64,000 bases of DNA from Eledone cirrhosa (taxonomy: Eukaryota), in NCBI GenBank assembly GCA_964016885.1, contig OZ024747.1, positions 78,368,001-78,432,000 of the forward strand, read 5' to 3'. The position numbers and the translations under genes were made by a program. Below the pieces are notes generated by a model, which had not been told where the DNA came from, did not search any database, and was given only the letters and a program-made list of their open reading frames with translations. Positions 57,998-64,000 of the stretch are shown here, one piece after another (position 1 is the first letter of the stretch; each line of letters starts with the position of its first letter).

Positions 57998-58734
57998 ATA
58001 TGTTGCCGTCGTCGTCAAAAGTTTAAAAAAACAAAATCTTGGGTAAACTTATCATGAAATGTGGTATGCAGCTGGTTAGTTTCTTAGTTTGGTTGGTTTG
58101 GTTTAAGACACGTGTAACATTTAATATAGCCAAAAGAACAACTGTCTGGAGATAAGATCCGTTTATAATCCTAAGGATATTATAGCATAGAAAAATAAAG
58201 AGAGAAAAAAAAATCGACTGGAACTAAGCAAGGAATAGGAAGGGGAAGGCAAGAGAGCGAAAGAGATGAGCCGACAACAGAGTGAAAACTCCACAAGGAA
58301 TAACCCAAATCAAGTGAGATATCAGCACTTAAAGTCGACACCCTTGCTAAAGAAAGGAAAGAAAGAAAAAAAAATGAAGGAACAAAACAATGTTACTTTT
58401 AGAGGATTTTTTTTTCTGTTTCGAATGAAAAGGCGTCTGCACAGCGAGAGTTCTTCATTATAAAATACAGAGAAATTCATTAGAGACAGAATAGGCAGAT
58501 CCCTACATACAGTCACATCCAGGATGCAGTCATACTGACAGACCCATTGAAACATGACTTTTATATAGAGAGATATCAGAGATAGATATTATATAGAGAG
58601 ATATCAGAGATAGATATATTAGATATAGATATGTTTTTATATTTCTCTTTCCATTCAGATCGACCGACAGCGACATGAATGGGAAACATAAATATAACTT
58701 CTTTCTTTTCAGTATTATTTCTTTGCACAAAAGA

Positions 58735-59082
58735 CGGTAGAGTGGCAGTATCGGTAGAGGGTCGGACGCCATGCTTTGTAGCATAGAGTTATGGCCCTTT
58801 ACGATCTGAGTTCAAATCCTGCCGATGTTAACTTTGCCTTTCATCCTTACGTGTTCGATAAAATAAAGTACCAGTAATGCACTGGGGTAATTGCTGGCCT
58901 TGTGCCAAAAGTAGAAACAATTATTATTATTACTATGAGGACGGTGGATTAGCAGTACTGGTAGAGTATCAGACAACGTTTTGCAGTATAGAGTTACAAC
59001 CCTTTATGTTCTGAGTTCGAATACTGCCGAGGTTAACTTTGCCTTTCATCCTTACGTGGTCGATAAAAAGTAGAAGCAATTA
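58735..59082 (+). mobile_element. two tandem tRNA-derived SINEs (second internally deleted)
   Basis: consensus copies 58735-58923 and 58938-59082. Confidence 0.85.
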
Positions 59083-59601
59083 TTTCTTTACACAACTTTC
59101 TCTGTCCTTGCAATGTCATTTGTCTCAGTCCTAACATTTTGTTTTCTATATTTACTCTTAATTTCCTTGTCTATTGTGCTGCTTCAGTCGTAACAGTATG
59201 ACCGAATAGTCAAGAAGTTCGCATCGTAATCACTAGGTTCTGGGTTCGACCCCTCTGCTTGACATCGTGGGCAAATGTTATTCACTCAAGCCTCGGGCCG
59301 ACCCTAGTCTTTTGAATGAAATTGGGTTGATGTAAACTATGTGGAAGCCCGTCGGATAGATCGTATTTGTAATTTAAAAAGGCCAGCCTTGTCACACATT
59401 GTCACGCTGAATCACCTTGAAAATTGTGTTAAGAGTCCACGTGTCTGTGGTATGCTCAGTCACTCGAAAATAGCAGAAGCAAGCTGTTCCGTTGATCGAA
59501 CAACTGGAACACTTACTACTGTCGAAAGCGACTGAGGTCTGTTCCATTGAAGTCGTAAAACTTTCCCTTTTATACACTCACTCGTAATTCTGTTGTTAAT
59601 T

Positions 59602-59668
<67 letters not shown>

Positions 59669-59669
<1 letters not shown>

Positions 59670-59825
59670 AAGAGTCAGGACCCTGACGGCTGATCTAGCT
59701 GTCGAAACGGCCGGAGCTCAGCCGTCGGGGTCCTGACTCTTTTCCTATTACCCGCTCTACTACCCTAAGTATCGAGTACTCTGGTGCGTTATGGTCCACC
59801 TGGTATCTTACACCACTTTCTTTGT

Positions 59826-59826
<1 letters not shown>
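59669..59826 (+). mobile_element. short fold-back insert, 25-bp arms + ~80-nt tail; same family as 9722-9869
   Basis: 59669-59693 inverted at 59718-59742; CGAAACGGCC in loop; tail homologous to the reverse complement of 9722-9791. Confidence 0.7.
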
Positions 59827-59880
<54 letters not shown>

Positions 59881-59881
<1 letters not shown>

Positions 59882-60530
59882 AGAGAGTATTGAAGTTTGC
59901 TTGAAGCATTGTGGAATAATAAGGTAAATTTCTTTAAGTCTTTTGGAAGCCTCGACAATGCAGATGGGTAAATCTCCGGGTAACAAGATCCGGTGGTGGA
60001 GAGAGAGATGTAAGTGGGTGTACGTTGAGATGCGTGGCGTGTATAAGACTGTAACGTGTAGAGGAAAGAAGGAAAGAGCGTAAAAGATAAAAATAAAAAT
60101 AACAACACGAGAGAGAGTTACCTTGGGAGAGATTTAATTGTCCCTATATATTTCGGATTCACATCCATCAACTGAGGTTTTTTCCGGGGTGGGGGAAAGG
60201 TTGTCAAAACAACGAACAGCGGAGGACACGTTTCGCATCTTTCCGACAGACAACCTTTCACCCACCCCGGAAAAAAAACCCAGTTGATGGATGTGAATCC
60301 GAAATATATAGGGACAATTAAATCTCTCCCAAGGAAACTCTTTCTCGTGTTGTTATTTTTATTTTTATCCTTTACGCTCTTTCCTTCTTTCCTCTACACG
60401 TTACAGTCTTATACACGCCACGCATCTCAACGTACACCCACTTACATCTCTCTCTCCACCACCAGATCTTGTTACCCGAAGATTTACCCATTTGCATTGT
60501 CGAGGCTTCCAAACGACTTAAAGAAATTTA

Positions 60531-60532
<2 letters not shown>
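59881..60532 (-). mobile_element. fold-back insert, ~283-bp arms, 43-nt spacer, 42-nt tail on the left
   Basis: 59923-60205 inverted at 60249-60532; (TA)n on both sides; degenerate hammerhead TTGAT-GGATgtgaATCC-GAAA-tata-TA. Confidence 0.82.
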
Positions 60533-60593
<61 letters not shown>

Positions 60594-61072
60594 TAGATAA
60601 TTTAATATATCTACTAACATAAGCGCACAGATGTACGCTAATGCCAGCAAATACACAGGTTATGTCATAGTACCTAGGTGGTTCAATGCAGGAGGATGCA
60701 GAACAATGGGGGTGTTAGTAGGCGTCTGTCATCTTACCATCCCATTCCTACTGACTAGCCTCAGTCTCACGTGATTGATTCTTTAGAATCGGCCATTTGA
60801 CCAGTGGCAGTGAGAATTTTCAGTGCCTGGAATCCAGTCCTCGATAGCTGTTCCTTTTACCGAATTATTATTATTTTTATATGAGTCCCCAGTGTCCGCG
60901 CATTGCCCGGAGACTTGGCTGAGAATAGACCTCCCTGATGACGCAATGAAATTCTCAACAGTTCATTACGTAACTGTCTTTATCCCATTGCAGAAACTAA
61001 TTAGTTGGAGTGAAAATTTAAGTAAGTAAGTTAATTCTTTAAAATTTTTTTTTTTAATTTTCTTATTTTACG

Positions 61073-61210
<138 letters not shown>

Positions 61211-61564
61211 GCTCTTTTTTCAATATCGAAAAGACGAACGGCAAAGTTGACCTCCGTTGAACTATATTGATGATGATGATGATGAGGATGATGATGATGA
61301 TGATGAAAATGACGGTGATGTTGATGAAGAAGATGCTGATATCGATTGGTGCCGATATTGATTGGTATTGATAACAAAGTGATATGGATGTAATGCTTTT
61401 TAAAAACGAATCAGTTGAATCAATATGAATAGACCAGACGATAATATTTTTTAAAATGGCGATCGATTTATTGTATGACAGGGAAAAAACATCGATCAAT
61501 AGTTAAATCAGGCTGAATGTTAGGCACCGATTTATTAAACCATTTGATCTTTTTTTGCTTAGTG

Positions 61565-61596
<32 letters not shown>

Positions 61597-61827
61597 AGTG
61601 TGGTGGTGGTGGTGGTGGTGGTGTGGTGGTAGGAACATAAAGTTTGCACCTAATATATGCATACATAAACATATGTAAATCTATCTATGCAAGTATATAT
61701 ATATATATATATATATATATTGATAGGTGACGCGCGTTTCGCCACTGATCAGCTCAAGGTTCGATCTGTATCGATCCTACCCGACTCAATAATCGGCGGC
61801 TTGACCTATATATATATATATATATAT

Positions 61828-62330
61828 ATAAAATTGAAGAAGTGGAGAATAACATGGTCAACAGTACAAAAAAGGGGATTTATTTGCAGTCTAACAATTG
61901 TTTCACTGATAGAGTTGTCTAAAAATTGCTGAACACTAAAAACAATGCCACTCAATTTTAAATACGATGTCAACTCTATAGATCATCGGAAACTGTGATC
62001 ATCGGAAACAGTTTCCGATGATCTAGTAGAGTTAACATAGTATTTAAAATTGACTGGCACTGTTTTTAGTGTTCAGCAATTTTTAGACAACTCTATCAGT
62101 GAAACAATTGTTAAACTGCAAATAAATCCCCTTTTTTGTACTGTTGACCATGTTATTCTCCACTTCTTCAATTTTATTACTCCAAGATAAACTTACATAG
62201 GAATACAAGTGAAATCATAAAATCGTCATCTACGTAAACCTTGTTGAGTCAAGCAACGCCGTACGCTAAAACTATGCATAATAAGAAGTATTCCCAACCT
62301 TTAATTGAATTACCTATAACGTTATCCTTT
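61828..62330 (+). mobile_element. fold-back insert, ~167-bp arms + ~150-nt tail
   Basis: 61828-61995 inverted at 62009-62176; (TA)n on both sides; hammerhead with long stem II in each arm. Confidence 0.8.
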
Positions 62331-62363
62331 ATATATATATATATGTATGTATGCATGTATATA

Positions 62364-62395
<32 letters not shown>

Positions 62396-62515
62396 CAGTA
62401 TGTACACATGCACACAGACACATATGTATGTATATATATATATATACACACATATATATATGCATATACAAATGGAAAAGGGAAGAAAAGTTATTTGTTT
62501 GATACATAAATAAAA

Positions 62516-62548
<33 letters not shown>

Positions 62549-62744
62549 GGCGGAGAGAGAGAGAGAGAGAGAGAGAGAGCGGAGAGAGAGGGAGAGAGAA
62601 GGAGAGAGAGGAAGAGAGAGAGAAAATAATTGATAGAAAATATTCCAAAGAGATAATATCGAATAATAATCATTTATTGAATATGTAATCTAAGAAAGTC
62701 ACAAAAAAAATGGATAGATAAGTAAATAGAAAGAAATGAAGATA

Positions 62745-62809
<65 letters not shown>

Positions 62810-62813
<4 letters not shown>

Positions 62814-63135
62814 AAGAGTGAAGAATAACATGGTCGGCTGTACAAAAAGGGTTTTATTTACAGTATTAACAATTATTTCATTGATCAGGTGAGTCTAAAG
62901 GCCGTGATCACTCGAAATTGTGTCACTCGACCTTAAATACAGTGTGTCTCTCTGATCAAATCATAGGAATACATTCTCCAAGAATAACCTGCATGGGAAT
63001 TCTTGCAAACTCGCTACCTATCTAAGGAAACCTCTTCTTGAGTCAAACAACACCGTACGTTAAAACTATCCATAGTACAGAGTACTCACAACCTCTAACT
63101 GGATTACCTAAAACGATAACTTGTTACCCCCCACC
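62810..63135. mobile_element. diverged relative of 61828-62330 lacking the right arm
   Basis: AGAATAACATGGTC..GTACAAAAA.GG left arm joined to TTGAGTCAA.CAAC.CCGTACG.TAAAACTAT tail. Confidence 0.7.
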
Positions 63136-63165
63136 ATATATATATATATATATATACAAATATTG

Positions 63166-63395
63166 GTAGGAAAATGGAAACACTCGGCGTAAGGGGAAGC
63201 TGCTAAAACAGAATGCTGTCGAAAAGGCAGAAATCAGCTGCTAGAAGTGAGTTGAAGAATTGATAGGAAGGAAGAAATAGAACACTTTGATGGCATTTTG
63301 CTGTTTTAATAGCTTCCTTACGGCCAGTTTTACCATTTTCCTACGAATTCTAATACACTCGCGTTTCAAAACTCGATATTCGAGTTAATTTTGTT
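63166..63395 (+). mobile_element. degenerate fold-back insert (~55-bp arms + ~50-nt tail)
   Basis: GTAGGAAAATGG...CGTAAGG..AAGCT..TAAAACAG versus CTGTTTTA..AGCTTCCTTACG..CCATTTTCCTAC; (TA)n on both sides. Confidence 0.6.
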
Positions 63396-63406
63396 TATAT
63401 ATATAC

Positions 63407-63534
<128 letters not shown>

Positions 63535-63535
63535 A

Positions 63536-64000
63536 TATATATAAAATTAAGTATGTGTATGTGTGTCTGTGTATTACCTATAGGGGCCTACATCTTACGA
63601 CCGATTTTCATGAAACTTTACAGGCTCATAGATTAGTCATCGGGGAGTGTTTTCTATATATAAGCGTATCGTTTTTTTAATTTTTATTCCGGAGTCATTC
63701 TGCAGATAAAAATAAGATTTTTGGCTCTAGCTCACATTTTGCCACCGATTTCGTTCAAATTTAAAGCAAAATAGAATTTATCATTGCATATCCTGTAATA
63801 GCTTTATATTTTGCATTTGTTGTTCAGGGACGGCGTGGCAGCCGCTTAAATATTCAAAAATACCACTTTTAGACTCAAATTTCAACTTTTTCGGCTCTAG
63901 TTCCCACATTAATCAACCTACTTTATTCAAATTTTACACTACGCTAGATCTGATTATTTCACGTCTTAAACTGGCTTTACATTTTGGATTGCGCAAGTTT
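63536..64000. mobile_element. possible Helentron/DINE-like fragment running off the window edge
   Basis: ATATATAAAA..TGTGTGTCTGT..CCGATTTTCATGAAACTT, with internal repeated TTTTGGCTCTAG. Confidence 0.35.

Overview
Gene-poor, AT-rich eukaryotic window full of microsatellites. The SINE families and repeat load suggest a cephalopod such as octopus (inference). No intact host gene can be supported. Main contents: (1) a ~16.9 kb array of ~560 copies of a 30-bp satellite (10482-27372); its giant ORFs are artefacts of a stop-free unit. (2) A young 5'-truncated Penelope-like retroelement (RT + C-terminal GIY-YIG, 34821-38617) with a ~1.4 kb inverted arm, a 46-nt unpaired 3' tail and hammerhead-like motifs, between (TA)n tracts. 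(3) About nine further short, mostly mutually unrelated fold-back inserts with the same 'arm-spacer-inverted arm + one-sided tail' architecture at (TA)n/(CA)n tracts. Many carry outward-facing minimal type I hammerhead ribozyme cores with palindromic stem III, and several solo hammerhead motifs also occur. (4) Decayed RTE and R4/Dong LINE fragments, a hAT-like transposase relic, many tRNA-derived SINEs, hAT/piggyBac/mariner-like MITEs, Helentron-like elements and minisatellites. Coordinates were read by eye and may be off by a few bases; family assignments rest on motif recognition, not database searches.
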